From Clostridiales bacterium UBA1742 (GTDB taxonomy: Bacteria; Bacillota; Clostridia; TANB77; CAG-508), in assembly GCA_002314935.1 (NCBI GenBank), contig DCHW01000064.1, positions 3,022-67,021 of the forward strand: 64,000 nucleotides of DNA. Reading direction: 5' to 3'. The position numbers were made by a program, and so were the translations under genes. The notes beneath the pieces were generated by a model, which worked only from the letters and a program-made list of their open reading frames with translations, was not told the origin of the DNA and ran no database searches. Every line of letters begins with the position of its first letter. Position 1 is the first letter of the stretch. This document shows positions 21,174 through 32,763 of the stretch, in pieces.

Positions 21174-22235
21174 ATGCAGAAAAGTAAAACAATAAGTAAT
21201 TTTAAAGATATAGTATTCAATTCGTATTTAAAAACAACTTTGAAAAAATATGGTGTAAAGACAAATAATAGAGTTCTACTAAAATATATAGAATCTAGTA
21301 AATTCGATATAGATGAATATATCAATAATACAGATTGGAATAAGTATTTAAAAGATGATAATTTACTAGAAATTATAGAAGATCTTGTAAATGAAACAAT
21401 ACTTTTGAAAGAAGATTATATATCATTTCAAAATGATAAAGTTTTCATTTTAGATAAACTATTAAATAATGTAAAAACATTTGATAAAGAAGGAAAAACA
21501 ATAAATGTAAGGCTTGATTTAGAGCAAAAGGAAATTGTAATAGATCAATATAATTCAAGTTTTGATGATGAAGTAAAAACATATATTGAAAATAATATTG
21601 ATGAGTTTGAAGAAATATTTATTGCAGACAGTAAAACAGAATTTGAGAAATTATTTCCAAAAACTTATGTAGAAACATTAAAAGAACAAGCATTAAATAT
21701 TTTTATAAATAATCAAAATATGGAAGCAGTTAGATATTGTTTAGCTTTTCCAGATGAAATGAAGTCAGCAATGAGCAGAGAATATGTTAATAATGATAAA
21801 TTTAAAACTTTATTAGTATTTAATAATATAAACAATGTTTTAAAGCTGTCAAAAGAGAATTTAAAAGAAGAAAAAGTAAAGGAGAATGATTTACGAAAAG
21901 AAAAGATAAAAGAGCAAGAAAAGCCAAAAATAAAAGAAGTAGATACTATGTCTATATTTATTACCTTATCAGGAAAAGAAAAAGAAACGCCAAGAGGAAT
22001 ATATTTGCCAATAAACGATGAAGGTCAAATATATATTCCAAAACAATTATATAGAAAGAGTGAAGATAGATTAGAAATTTTATCGAGCAAAGGAAATCAG
22101 GCTCTTATGAGTGAATATAAAGTTAATAATATAGAACATACAAGAACATGGGTATCAAGACTTAATTTAGATGAGTTTTATCATAAATATTACAATTTAT
22201 ATGAAATTCAAAGAGAAAAAGAGGTGATGATATAA
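21174..22235 (+). CDS. hypothetical ICE protein
   Basis: 353-aa ORF overlapping its neighbours as part of an operon; no recognisable motif. Confidence 0.4.
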   Translation: MQKSKTISNFKDIVFNSYLKTTLKKYGVKTNNRVLLKYIESSKFDIDEYINNTDWNKYLKDDNLLEIIEDLVNETILLKEDYISFQNDKVFILDKLLNNVKTFDKEGKTINVRLDLEQKEIVIDQYNSSFDDEVKTYIENNIDEFEEIFIADSKTEFEKLFPKTYVETLKEQALNIFINNQNMEAVRYCLAFPDEMKSAMSREYVNNDKFKTLLVFNNINNVLKLSKENLKEEKVKENDLRKEKIKEQEKPKIKEVDTMSIFITLSGKEKETPRGIYLPINDEGQIYIPKQLYRKSEDRLEILSSKGNQALMSEYKVNNIEHTRTWVSRLNLDEFYHKYYNLYEIQREKEVMI

Positions 22236-23459
22236 ATGCAAGCTACAAATAAAAGTGATGCAGCACAAGTATATGAAGGAGCAACAAAATCAACTAAAAC
22301 AGGAACAAAAGGCACAATAAAGTATATCTTAAAACCTTTTATGATATTTAGTTATCATTATTTTATTGAAGGAATTAAGGCAGTTCAAAAAGATGGGCCA
22401 ACAAAAGAATTGGAGAAAATTACAAATCTATCTTATGATGAAACAATAAAAGTAATGGAAAAGTGTCAAAAAGATGGTGTTAGAATAGTTGCAACAGAAA
22501 GAAAACTTGAAAATGAAAATAGTGAGTTTGGAAAGAAAAAATCTTTATATCAACAAAAGAAAATCACAAAATATGCAAGAAGAATAAAACAAATGAGTAA
22601 TTTGAAAGCAGATTATCCTAGAATTGCAAAATTAATTATGGCAGATAGAATAATAAAGGCAAATGAAAAAAAGCAAAATGATGAAATAGAAAAACATAAA
22701 AATAAACATTATAATATCTATTTTAATAAATCAAGAGTAGATTATATGGGGAATAGAATTGCAGATATTATTGAGTATAGAACAGGAATATCAAAAAAAT
22801 TATTTGATGAAGATACACAAAAAGCATTAGAAGAAATTAAAAAAGATGGTATGACTTTAAATACTCAAAAAATGAAAGATTTATCAGAACAAATGAAACT
22901 ACACGAAATTGGAACAGTTGAAATAAGCGAATTTAAAGAAGATTATTGTATTCATGAATTACCATTTTCAGCTTATATGAGTATAAAAGATGATTTAGAA
23001 GCTACAGATATTAAGTTCGGATTTAGAACAGTTGCAAACAGTGATGGTAAGGAAATGGCAAATATATATTTTCAAAATAAATTTCTTGAAAGATATAACG
23101 AATTAGGCTTCAACACTTACGGGCAAATCCATGTATTTGGAAAAGAAATTAAAAATTTGCAATGGAATATTCAATCACAAGATGAGTTAGTAACATTTAA
23201 AACTAAAACAGGAGAAGAAGAAAAGACTACATATTCAAAATTAAGTGGCAAAAATTATGTTATGAAAAGGCAGGAAAATGAATGTGTTTGGACTATTTTA
23301 AGAAATGATTTAGAAGATGTTGCGACAACGGAAAAAAAAAGAAATGTAGTGGAGGAGGAACTTGAAAAACTTAAAATATTTGAAAATATTGAAAAAGAAA
23401 ATGACATTACAAATGATATAGAAATTGAATTTGATAATGAGAAAGAGGCAGGTGATTAA
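22236..23459 (+). CDS. hypothetical ICE protein
   Basis: 407-aa ORF. Confidence 0.4.
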   Translation: MQATNKSDAAQVYEGATKSTKTGTKGTIKYILKPFMIFSYHYFIEGIKAVQKDGPTKELEKITNLSYDETIKVMEKCQKDGVRIVATERKLENENSEFGKKKSLYQQKKITKYARRIKQMSNLKADYPRIAKLIMADRIIKANEKKQNDEIEKHKNKHYNIYFNKSRVDYMGNRIADIIEYRTGISKKLFDEDTQKALEEIKKDGMTLNTQKMKDLSEQMKLHEIGTVEISEFKEDYCIHELPFSAYMSIKDDLEATDIKFGFRTVANSDGKEMANIYFQNKFLERYNELGFNTYGQIHVFGKEIKNLQWNIQSQDELVTFKTKTGEEEKTTYSKLSGKNYVMKRQENECVWTILRNDLEDVATTEKKRNVVEEELEKLKIFENIEKENDITNDIEIEFDNEKEAGD

Positions 23460-23874
23460 TATAAAACAGAAAGGTTATTTTGGCATTGATGTAAACAATG
23501 TATATTATGAAGGTTATAGTGATCCTTCTTTTAGATGGAATGGTTGGGCTTGTCCTTATTTTGAAAAGAATGTTGCAGATTATATTGCAATAAGAGTTTC
23601 AGTAGATGACAATTATTCTTTATATTATGATAAAGAAAAAGACATGTATGTATTATTAGAATATGAAAATGGAGAATTAGTAGAAACTGATTATTTTGAG
23701 AAAAGAATAATAAATACACCAGAAGGAATAAAAGAAGTATATCCAATAGGAGCAGGAAATTGGATATGGGACGATTATTCTTTAGAACAAGTAAAAGAAT
23801 TTGAAGATAGTATTATTATTACAAATGATGAATTAGAAAAGATAAAAGAAGAATCAATTGAAATGGACTATTAA
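23437..23874 (+). CDS. hypothetical ICE protein
   Basis: ORF overlaps the stop of the upstream gene; start not resolved. Confidence 0.35.
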   Translation: MRKRQVINIKQKGYFGIDVNNVYYEGYSDPSFRWNGWACPYFEKNVADYIAIRVSVDDNYSLYYDKEKDMYVLLEYENGELVETDYFEKRIINTPEGIKEVYPIGAGNWIWDDYSLEQVKEFEDSIIITNDELEKIKEESIEMDY

Positions 23875-23889
23875 AGTAGGTGATGATTA

Positions 23890-25856
23890 ATGTTAGTTAA
23901 AAGAAACACAAAATCATCATTTTTTATTATAATTTTATTTTTAATAATAGTATTTTACTATATGTTAAGAGTTACAACAATGGTTTCAATGAATAATGGT
24001 AATTGGGATTTAGAATATTTTACAATAGCATTAAATGAAATATATAAAGTAGGCACTCCACTAGATTTGTCAATGAATAACATTATGACATCTTTTGGAG
24101 TGTCTTTTTTTGTTTTAATGGTTTATGAAACATATAAAATGCAAAATAAGAAAAATATTCAAGAAAATACGTATGGTTCTGCTGAATGGAGAAGTCCAAA
24201 AGATATAAAAAGTAAAAAAGATAAAGAATTTGAAAACAATATGATATTAACTGAAACGGAACAAGTATCTAAAAATATGGGTATAAGTAAGATGAATAGA
24301 CATGTTGTTTTAATTGGACGACCGGGAACAGGAAAGTCAAGATATTATTTCAAACCTAATATATTAAATGCAAATGGAACAATAATTGTAACAGATCCTA
24401 AACGGAGAGTTACTTCGTGATTGTGGTTATTCTTTAAAACAAAAGGGATATACAATAAAAGTATTAAATTTAGATGATAAAAGAGCTTCAAATCATTATA
24501 ATCCACTTATGTATATAAAAGAAATAGAAAATGAAAATGATTTATCTCAATTTGAAATACAAGAAGATGATGTTATGACATTAATTAATACATTAATTGC
24601 AAATACAAAAGTAGAAAGTATTGATAACACATCAGGAGATCCTTTTTGGATTAAAGCAGAAATGATATATCTTCAAGCATTATTTTATTATGTTATAAAA
24701 CATTATGATAAGGTACATAGAAACTTTACAAATGTATTAAGACTTATAAGATTAAGTATGCCAAATGCAAAAGGTGTATCAGAGCTTGATGAGTTATTTA
24801 AGGAATGGGAAAAAGAAGAACCAGATGCAATTGGAGTAAAACAATATAAGCATTTTAAAGTTGCTTCAAATACACCTAAAATGATGAGTACAATTATTAT
24901 GACAGCAACAGCAAGAATAGCAGTATTTAATATTAAGCAAATGTATGAAATGACAGATGATGATGATATGGAACTTGAAAGAATAGGTATGCCAATTGAT
25001 GATAATTCAAAGTTATTACAAGAGATAAATTCAAATAGGACACAAAAAATAGGTAATGGTAAAGTTGCATATTTTATAATTACAAAACCTAGTGATTCAA
25101 CATATAACTTTTTAGCAAGTATATTCTATACGCAAGTATTTGCCATGATAGATGAAAATGCAAAAAGGTGTGGAGGAAGTTTAGCAACACCACTTGAGAT
25201 TTATATGGACGAGTGGGCTCAACTACGGAGAAATACCTAGATTTGTTGAAGAACTTGCATATTTAAGAGGTTTAAATGTAGGAATAACAATAGGACTTCA
25301 ATCATTAAGTCAATTAAAAAAGAAATATAAAGAAAGTTGGGAATCAGTATTAGATTGCTGTGATACAACTTTATTTTTAGGTAGTAATTCAAAAGAAACA
25401 TTAGAGTATATTGTAACTTTATTAGGAAAGAAAACATGGTATAAAAAATCAACAGGAAGAACATTCTCAAAGCAGGGTTCTTCAAATACTAATTGGGATG
25501 TTGTAGGTCGTGAACTTGCAACAATTGATGAACTTTCAAAAATGCCTTATGGAAGTTGTGTTTTGTTTATATCAACAATAGGAGCTTTTTATTCAAAACT
25601 ATATAACTTAACTGAACATCCTAATTATAATAATTTATTTGAACCTAGAAATCCAGATAAGAATAAATTATATAATCATAAAAATGAATTGGAATATAAG
25701 AAAAATTCAAAATATAAATTATTATTCGATTCAGGATTATCATTTGCAAGAGTAATAGAAAATAGTTTGAAAATTGAAAATGTTGATTCAGAAGAATTAA
25801 AGAAATTATTAAAAAGCGAAATTATACAAATTGATGATTTTAAAGTAAAAAAATAA
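23890..25856 (+). pseudogene. VirD4/TraG/TcpA-like type IV coupling protein, frame broken at about 24403 (aaaCggagag) and about 25222 (ctaCggagaa)
   Basis: N-terminal TM helices, GSAEWRSPKDIK, Walker A GRPGTGKS, and TDPKGE restored by removing one C. The C-terminal MDEWAQLGEIPRF continues in the next frame. Confidence 0.75.
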
Positions 25857-25873
25857 AAATGGAGGTTTAAAGT

Positions 25874-26200
25874 ATGTTAAAAAAATTAAAAGAAAGTAAA
25901 AAGATTAAAAAATTAAAGGAAAAAATAACAATTCTTACAGGAGCTATAACAGGCTCTTTTTTAGTGCTAACCACAAATGTAATGGCAGCATCAAATACAG
26001 GATCTATCGATTCATTTATAAATTTTGCATGCGATTGGCTTGTGAAAATTGGTGGAGTAATTGCTTTAGTAGGTGGTGTAATGTTTGCATTAGGTTGGCA
26101 AAGAGAGGACGCAGAAGGAAAATCAAGAGGCTTAATGACTCTTATGGCAGGATTTATGCTAGTTGCAATTGCACAGTCTAAAAATTTATTTGGATTATAA
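25874..26200 (+). CDS. VirB2/TrbC-like pilin-type small membrane protein
   Basis: 108 aa with a signal peptide and two hydrophobic helices; sits between the coupling-protein and VirB6-like genes. Confidence 0.45.
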   Translation: MLKKLKESKKIKKLKEKITILTGAITGSFLVLTTNVMAASNTGSIDSFINFACDWLVKIGGVIALVGGVMFALGWQREDAEGKSRGLMTLMAGFMLVAIAQSKNLFGL

Positions 26201-26219
26201 AAAAGGAGGGATTCAATAA

Positions 26220-27047
26220 TTGGATGGAATTATAAAACTTCTTTATAGTTTCAAATTTTCAGTTTTTGGTATTCAAATAGATAGTGGTAACTTAATAGGA
26301 ACAGTACAAAAATTAACTAATTTTTCAAGTGTTAAGTCAATTAATATTTGGTCTATTGGAAAGACAGTAAATGATTGTATTGTTCCAATTGGATTAAGTT
26401 TATTGATTCTATTTTTTATGATTAATTTAATTAAAAAATCAATGGAAGTAGAAAGAATTAGTTGGGAAAGAATTGTAATGAGCTTTGTATCATTCTTTTT
26501 ATTAAAGTATTTTATACAAAATGGATATACATTTCTTTCTTCAATTATGAATGTTGTTAATGATATTTTTGTGAGTGTAGCAAGTAGTATTAGTAATGGA
26601 AATACACATATAGATATTGCACAAACATTGGTGGATGCTGTTCCAAAAGGATTTATAGATAGTATTCTTACTTATGGATTATATCTAATATTGTTTATTC
26701 CATTCATGACTACAATAGTACAAATATTAACTCAAATATTTTTAAGAGTAGTAAAACTAATACTATGTTTTGCATTTGCACCAATACCAATAGCATTGGC
26801 AGCTGATGATGAAGGAAGAGGAAAAGCAGTTCAATATTTCTTATTTGCAGCAAGTGTTGGTTTAGAGGCAGTAATTATTTATATTGCAACAAATATTTAT
26901 GCAATTGGATTGGCAGGATTAAGTGGAACGGTTGGATCTACTGGAGCAATATCAACTATTGTTGCAATGCTATTTTTAAATGGAATGTATTTAGCAATTG
27001 TTCAATATGGTGGGCAATTTGCAGAAAAATTAGTAGGAGGTCATTAG
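26220..27047 (+). CDS. VirB6/TrbL-like polytopic membrane protein (TTG start)
   Basis: 275 aa with at least five predicted TM helices; RBS AAAAGGAGGG upstream of the TTG. Confidence 0.45.
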   Translation: MDGIIKLLYSFKFSVFGIQIDSGNLIGTVQKLTNFSSVKSINIWSIGKTVNDCIVPIGLSLLILFFMINLIKKSMEVERISWERIVMSFVSFFLLKYFIQNGYTFLSSIMNVVNDIFVSVASSISNGNTHIDIAQTLVDAVPKGFIDSILTYGLYLILFIPFMTTIVQILTQIFLRVVKLILCFAFAPIPIALAADDEGRGKAVQYFLFAASVGLEAVIIYIATNIYAIGLAGLSGTVGSTGAISTIVAMLFLNGMYLAIVQYGGQFAEKLVGGH

Positions 27048-27050
27048 TTT

Positions 27051-27632
27051 ATGGATGAAATAGAAATAACAGTTTTTGATGAAATAACAGATTATAAAGA
27101 AAAAATATATTTCTTTAATTTTAGACAATGGATATTTGCTATTTTAATTGCTGTACTTGTAATACCTACGTATATTCTTTTAAAAGATAAAATAGGCGAA
27201 GAACCTACAAGTTATATAGTTATTGCAATTGCAGGTATATTAGGATTTGTTGGATTTGTAAAAATACATGAGTTACCAGCAGAGAGAATACTTCCATATT
27301 GGTTTAGACATTATTTTTTATTTGCTAAACCAATACATTATATAAGTGATAAAGAATATGAATTTAATCATAGTAAAGAAGGTAAGAAGTTATTAAATGA
27401 AAAGAAAAAAGCTGAAATTAAAGAGATGAAAAAGAAAAAAATGTTAGAAAAAGCAAAGAAAAAATATGAAAGTAAGCAAAATAAGAAAAATGCTAAGAAG
27501 CAAAAAGAAGATAGTGATTTTGAGAAATTTCAAGCAGTTATGAAAGATGATTTGTCAGAAAAATTATCTAATTTAACAAAAGAAGAACAAGAATTATTAT
27601 TAAAGATATTTAATAAAAATGAAGGGAAGTGA
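27051..27632 (+). CDS. PrgI/VirB3-like membrane protein
   Basis: Two TM helices followed by a Lys-rich tail; lies immediately upstream of the VirB4-like ATPase, as in Gram-positive T4SS. Confidence 0.45.
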   Translation: MDEIEITVFDEITDYKEKIYFFNFRQWIFAILIAVLVIPTYILLKDKIGEEPTSYIVIAIAGILGFVGFVKIHELPAERILPYWFRHYFLFAKPIHYISDKEYEFNHSKEGKKLLNEKKKAEIKEMKKKKMLEKAKKKYESKQNKKNAKKQKEDSDFEKFQAVMKDDLSEKLSNLTKEEQELLLKIFNKNEGK

Positions 27633-27910
27633 TAAATATAGAATTAATTGAATGGGAAAGAACTTTATTAAATTATTACTTATTAAAGTTTAATTGTAAA
27701 TGGGTGCGAGTTTTTGATAACAAGCACCCTTTTTTAGATACAAGAGTTGATTTATATACGATTTATAAAAGAAAGATAAAATGTCAGCCAGTTTGTGGGC
27801 AACACACGTTTTCTAATATGTTTGAAAAGTTAGAAGAAGGCAAGTGGTACTTTATACCAGATTTATTAAAGGAAGGAGAAATGCTTATTGAAGAAAAAAG
27901 AGAAGAATAA
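27629..27910 (+). CDS. hypothetical small protein
   Basis: 93-aa ORF overlapping both flanking genes. Confidence 0.3.
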   Translation: MINIELIEWERTLLNYYLLKFNCKWVRVFDNKHPFLDTRVDLYTIYKRKIKCQPVCGQHTFSNMFEKLEEGKWYFIPDLLKEGEMLIEEKREE

Positions 27911-30045
27911 AGAAAAGAAAACAACTTTTATAAACAATTGGTTAGTTAATAAAACTAAATCATTTAAAATTGCAAAACCTAGAACAACACCACAAATAAT
28001 AAGAATGTTTTTTAAGGATTATGATATTAAAAATTCAATTATACAATTAGATGATAATCATTTTTCAGTATGTTTTGAATATCAAGATATTTCTTTTTCA
28101 AAAGCAAATTATGAAACACAAGAAAATATCTTTTTAAAATGGGTAGCATATTTACATTCATTTAATTATAACGATCATATTCAAGTAGTATGTGCAGGAA
28201 AGCCAGAAAAAACAAATGATTATAAACAAAGATATATTTATGATACAAATAATTTTAACGAAAATGAAACTAAAATTGCAAATGAATTTAATAATCTAAT
28301 TGAAACAACATTAGGAGATAAAGAAGAAATTTTATGCGAAACTAGACAAGTTGTAATAACAGTTATAGCAGAAAATATGAAGGATGCACAAGATATATTT
28401 ATGCAATATCAATTAAGAACAGAAGAAAAGTTTAAGGAGCTAAAATCTAAAATTAGACGAGTAACAATAAAAGAAAGATTGGCAAGTATTTATAATGTTT
28501 TTCACAATGAATTAATGGATATTGATGATATTTTTGAATATGCAAAAGAAAATGATTTATCAATTTATGATGTTTTAGCAACAAAGGAAGATGTTTATTT
28601 AAGAGAAAAAAACTATATAAATATTGGAAATAAAAAATATATAAGGGTTATGTATGTAAGTAGATTTCCAAAATCTATAACACCTAGATTTTATAATAGA
28701 ATAACAACATTAGAAAATTATAATATCATAACAACTTTAAATATAACACCAGAAGATCCAGCAGAATTTATTAAAAAAACAAATAAAGCAATTAGTGGAA
28801 TGAAAACTGAGAGACTTTCAAAGATAAAAAGAGCACTAAAAAATAATTATAGTTATGAAGTCGTAAAAGATGAAAAACTAGAAGATAAGTTAGACAATGC
28901 TCTAGGTTTAAGAGAAGCACTTTTAAAGAAAAAACAAAAAGTATTTACTAATAATATTTTAATTTGTATTCAAGCTGAAAGTCTACAAGAATTAAATGAA
29001 GCAACTAAAAATATAAAAAGTATTGCAAGTGAATATTCAATTAATGTGCAAAATATAGATTGGCAACAATTAGAAGGTTTGCAAAATTGTATGGCATTAG
29101 GTTGGAATACACTTCAATTTAGAAGGTCTTTAACATCAGAGGCAACAGCAACAAATGTGCCATTCAATACAAAAGATATAATGCATCCATATTCAATATA
29201 TCATGGAATAAATTTAGTATCTAAAAATCCAGTATTTTGCGACAGAAAGAAATTATTAAATGGTAATGGTTGTGTATTAGCAACAAGTGGTGCAGGAAAA
29301 TCTTTCTCAATAAAAATAATAATAGAACAAGTAATGCTTCGCTATCCACAAGATGAAATTATTGTTTTGGATCCACAACGGAGAATATGATCCACTTATT
29401 CAAGCATTTAATGGACAAACATTAAATATAAGTACATCAACAGATACATATATCAATCCGTTCGATTCATCACTTCAATATGAAAAAGATAATGAGGACG
29501 CATTAAATAATAAGATAGAATTTGTATTAGCATTTATAGAATCATTAGTTTCAAGTAAAGGTGGTGCAGGTCTAACAGGAGAACAAATAACAATAGTAGA
29601 TAGATGTGCAAAAACAATTTATGAAGAATATCAAATGAGTAATTACAAAAAGGAATTAGAGCCAGATTTTTATAAGTTTTATGAAGAATTATTAAAACAG
29701 CCAGAAGAAGAATCAAAAAATCTAGCATTAGTTCTTGAAAGATATGTAATAGGTGGAATGGATATATTTGCAAAAGATACAAACATAGAAATAAAGAATA
29801 AATTTATATCATTTAATATAGCAGAATTGCCTAGAAGTATTCAAACAACAGGGTATTTAGTTATACTAGAGCATGTTATGGATAGATTAAGAAGAAATAA
29901 GAATTTGGGTAAACACACATGGATATTTATTGATGAATTTCATATTTTACTTGCAAATCAATTTTCATCAGATTATATTGCAAAATTATATAAAACAGGA
30001 AGAAAAGAAAATGCAATACCAACAATAATTACACAAAATATTGCA
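27888..30045 (+). pseudogene. VirB4/TcpF-like T4SS ATPase, exon 1 (frame broken at about 29381 caaCggagaa), followed by a group II intron
   Basis: Walker A LATSGAGKSFSIK. DPQGEY is restored by removing one C. The coding sequence stops being VirB4-like exactly at the intron 5' end GTGCGCCCAGATAGGG. Confidence 0.75.
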
Positions 30046-32493
30046 GTGCGCCCAGATAGGGCATTGTGTAGAGTAGCCTAAGGTACTACCACTCAAGATA
30101 GTGAGTGAATTAATCCACCTTACCGACTTTGCGGAAACGCAATACGGGAACATAGCACGGTGGAAAAGGGATTAGTTGCAATAGACTTTAATGCACGACT
30201 GTATCCCAATAATAAGAAGATATGAGGATAAGATTGGGTTTATCGAATGCAAGGTTCGAGTTCCTGTTTTTTGTAGGTATAGGTATAAGTCTTGAAACCT
30301 ATGTCATAGTTCTATTTTGTTATCTTCGATGACAAAATAACTATCAATCAAACTATGAAACAAGCGTGAGAACACGATTTTAAAGAACTGAAAGCATATC
30401 CGACAATCTTCAAACCTAGACACAATGTTAACTGGGGATTGCCTAAGTTGAAATTTCATTTCAATATGGCAACGGAGTTCCCATAATAGTTTGAGAGAGT
30501 TAATAACTCTTACGTGGCGAAGGGGAACAGTTAATAATAATCTAAAATATAAAATGAAAGGGAGGAGAAGCCTCAAATGAAACCAACATCGATGATTTTA
30601 GAGCGTATTGCTAAAAGTTCGACAGAACACAAAGACGGCGTATTCACAAGATTATATAGATATCTATTGCGTGAAGATATCTATTTTGCCGCATATCAAA
30701 AATTATACGCAAACAAAGGAGCAACAACAAAAGGAATTGACAATGATACTGCTGATGGGTTTAGTTCAAAATATGTGAATGATTTAATCCAAGAACTAAA
30801 AAATGGAACTTATCAAGCGAATCCAGTAAGAAGAGTTTATATTGAAAAGAAAAATGGTAAATTAAGACCTTTAGGCATTCCGTCATTCAAAGATAAATTA
30901 TTACAAGAAGTAGTTAGAATGATATTAGAGGCAATATATGAGCCAGTCTTTGATAAAAACTCACACGGATTTAGACCAAACAAAAGTTGTCATACAGCAA
31001 TGAAGCAAATTTCTTCTGAATTTACAGGAGTAATTTGGTTTATAGAGGGAGATATTAAAGGGTGTTTTGACAACATTGACCACCAAATATTAATTAATAT
31101 CATTGCAAAGAAAATTAAAGACAGTAAATTCTTAAACATAATAAGGCAATTTCTAAAAGCAGGATATATTGAAAATTGGAAATATAATGCAACTCATAGT
31201 GGCACACCTCAAGGTGGAATTTGTTCGCCAATACTTGCTAATATTTATCTTAATGAACTTGATAATAAATTTCGTGAAATACAAGGTAAATTTAATAAAG
31301 CAAGAACTATAGAAGAAATAAAAACACTTGAATACCGTACAATTGATAATGAAATGAAAAGAGTTTCATATTGGATTAATCATACAGAAAATGAACAAGA
31401 AAGAAATAACCTAATTAAAAAGTATAAAGCATTGCAACAAGAAATTCATAAAGTACCTTGTCATACTAAAAATAATAAAAAGTTTACCTTTGTTAGATAT
31501 GCAGATGACTGGTTAGCGGGAGTTTGCGGAACAAAAGAAGAATGCGTAATGTTAAAAGCTGAAATTGCAAAATTTTTAACAGAAGAACTAAAACTTACAT
31601 TAAGCGAAGAAAAAACATTAATAACACATAGTTCTCAAAAAGTTAGATTCCTTGGCTATAATATAAATGTAAGAAGAAGTAAGGAAGTTAAAGGTTTTAA
31701 AATGAAAAACGGCAAATATAGAAAATCACGAACATTACATTATAAAGTGGCGTTAACAATACCGCATAAGGAAAAGATTGAAAAGTTCTTATTCTCAAAA
31801 GGTGTGATAATGCAAAAAGCAAATGGAGAAATTAAACCTATCCATAGAACTGTATTGTTGAACTTATCAGACAAGGAAATACTAGAACAATATAATGCAG
31901 AAATGAGAGGGATTTTAAATTATTATAGACTAGCAGTTGATTATCATACACTAAATTATTTTTGTTATTTAATGGAATATAGTTGTTTAAAAACAATAGC
32001 TAACAAGCATAAATCTTCAATAAGAAAAATAATCAGAGAATATAAGGATAAAAATACTTGGTCAATACCTTATGAAACTAAAACAGGAATAAAAAGAATA
32101 AGACCGGTGAAAATCGCAGATTGTAAAAAAGGTGTTGTTAATGACGTAATTTATAAAAGAACTAATTTTAGTTTTAAATCTACAATAAGACAAAGATTAA
32201 ACGCTAGAACTTGTGAACTATGCGGACAAACAGGTAATGAACTTTACGAAGTTCATACTATAAAGAACCTAAATGAATTGGGTAATTTAAATTGGGAAAA
32301 AGCTATGAAGAAAATGAAAAGAAAAACAATTATAGTTTGTAAAGAATGTCATAATATAATTCATAGTTAAAGCAATACGTGTTAATTATTAATAGAAAGC
32401 CGAATACTTCGAGAGAAGTACGTTCGGTTTGGAGGGAGGGAGTAGAAAACTTGTCAATAATTGTATTGATAAAGCGTCTTTTCCCTACCCTAC
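30046..32493 (+). mobile_element. Group IIA intron (Ll.LtrB-like) with RT/maturase/HNH ORF
   Basis: 5' end GTGCGCCCAGATAGGGC. Domain V is GCCGAATACTTCGAGAGAAGTACGTTCGGTTT. Domain VI has a bulged A at 32487 and ends ...CCCTAC. Excising 30046..32493 joins VirB4 ...ITQNIA to DVLKNEDG in frame. Confidence 0.85.
30577..32370 (+). CDS. ltrA: group II intron-encoded protein (reverse transcriptase, maturase X domain, HNH endonuclease)
   Basis: RT motifs RPLGIPSFKDKLLQ and FVRYADDWLAG (YADD). C-terminal CxxC...CxxC HNH. Confidence 0.9.
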   Translation: MKPTSMILERIAKSSTEHKDGVFTRLYRYLLREDIYFAAYQKLYANKGATTKGIDNDTADGFSSKYVNDLIQELKNGTYQANPVRRVYIEKKNGKLRPLGIPSFKDKLLQEVVRMILEAIYEPVFDKNSHGFRPNKSCHTAMKQISSEFTGVIWFIEGDIKGCFDNIDHQILINIIAKKIKDSKFLNIIRQFLKAGYIENWKYNATHSGTPQGGICSPILANIYLNELDNKFREIQGKFNKARTIEEIKTLEYRTIDNEMKRVSYWINHTENEQERNNLIKKYKALQQEIHKVPCHTKNNKKFTFVRYADDWLAGVCGTKEECVMLKAEIAKFLTEELKLTLSEEKTLITHSSQKVRFLGYNINVRRSKEVKGFKMKNGKYRKSRTLHYKVALTIPHKEKIEKFLFSKGVIMQKANGEIKPIHRTVLLNLSDKEILEQYNAEMRGILNYYRLAVDYHTLNYFCYLMEYSCLKTIANKHKSSIRKIIREYKDKNTWSIPYETKTGIKRIRPVKIADCKKGVVNDVIYKRTNFSFKSTIRQRLNARTCELCGQTGNELYEVHTIKNLNELGNLNWEKAMKKMKRKTIIVCKECHNIIHS

Positions 32494-32760
32494 GATGTAT
32501 TGAAAAATGAAGATGGTTGTAAGATACTTTCAAATTCAGAGTTTGCAATGATATTAAAACAAAAACCTTTAGATTTACCACCAATTTGTAAGATATTTGA
32601 TATTAGTAATGAAGAAGCAAATTATGTTATAGATTCTCCAGCAGGTCAAGGAATTATTGTTTATGGAGAAGATAAAGTTGCATTTAGAAATCAAGTATCA
32701 AAAGAATCATATATTTACGAATTAAATCAAACATCTAATTTTCAAGTGAATAGGAGCTAG
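32494..32760 (+). CDS. VirB4-like ATPase exon 2 (C-terminal 88 codons)
   Basis: In frame with exon 1 after intron removal; encodes a typical VirB4 C-terminus (SEFAMILKQ...IVYGEDKVAF). Confidence 0.7.
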   Translation, partial: DVLKNEDGCKILSNSEFAMILKQKPLDLPPICKIFDISNEEANYVIDSPAGQGIIVYGEDKVAFRNQVSKESYIYELNQTSNFQVNRS

Positions 32761-32763
32761 TAT

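Noticed and set aside
30304-30576. Minus-strand 90-aa ORF
   Set aside because: It lies inside domains I-IV of the group II intron RNA, so it is structural RNA sequence rather than coding.
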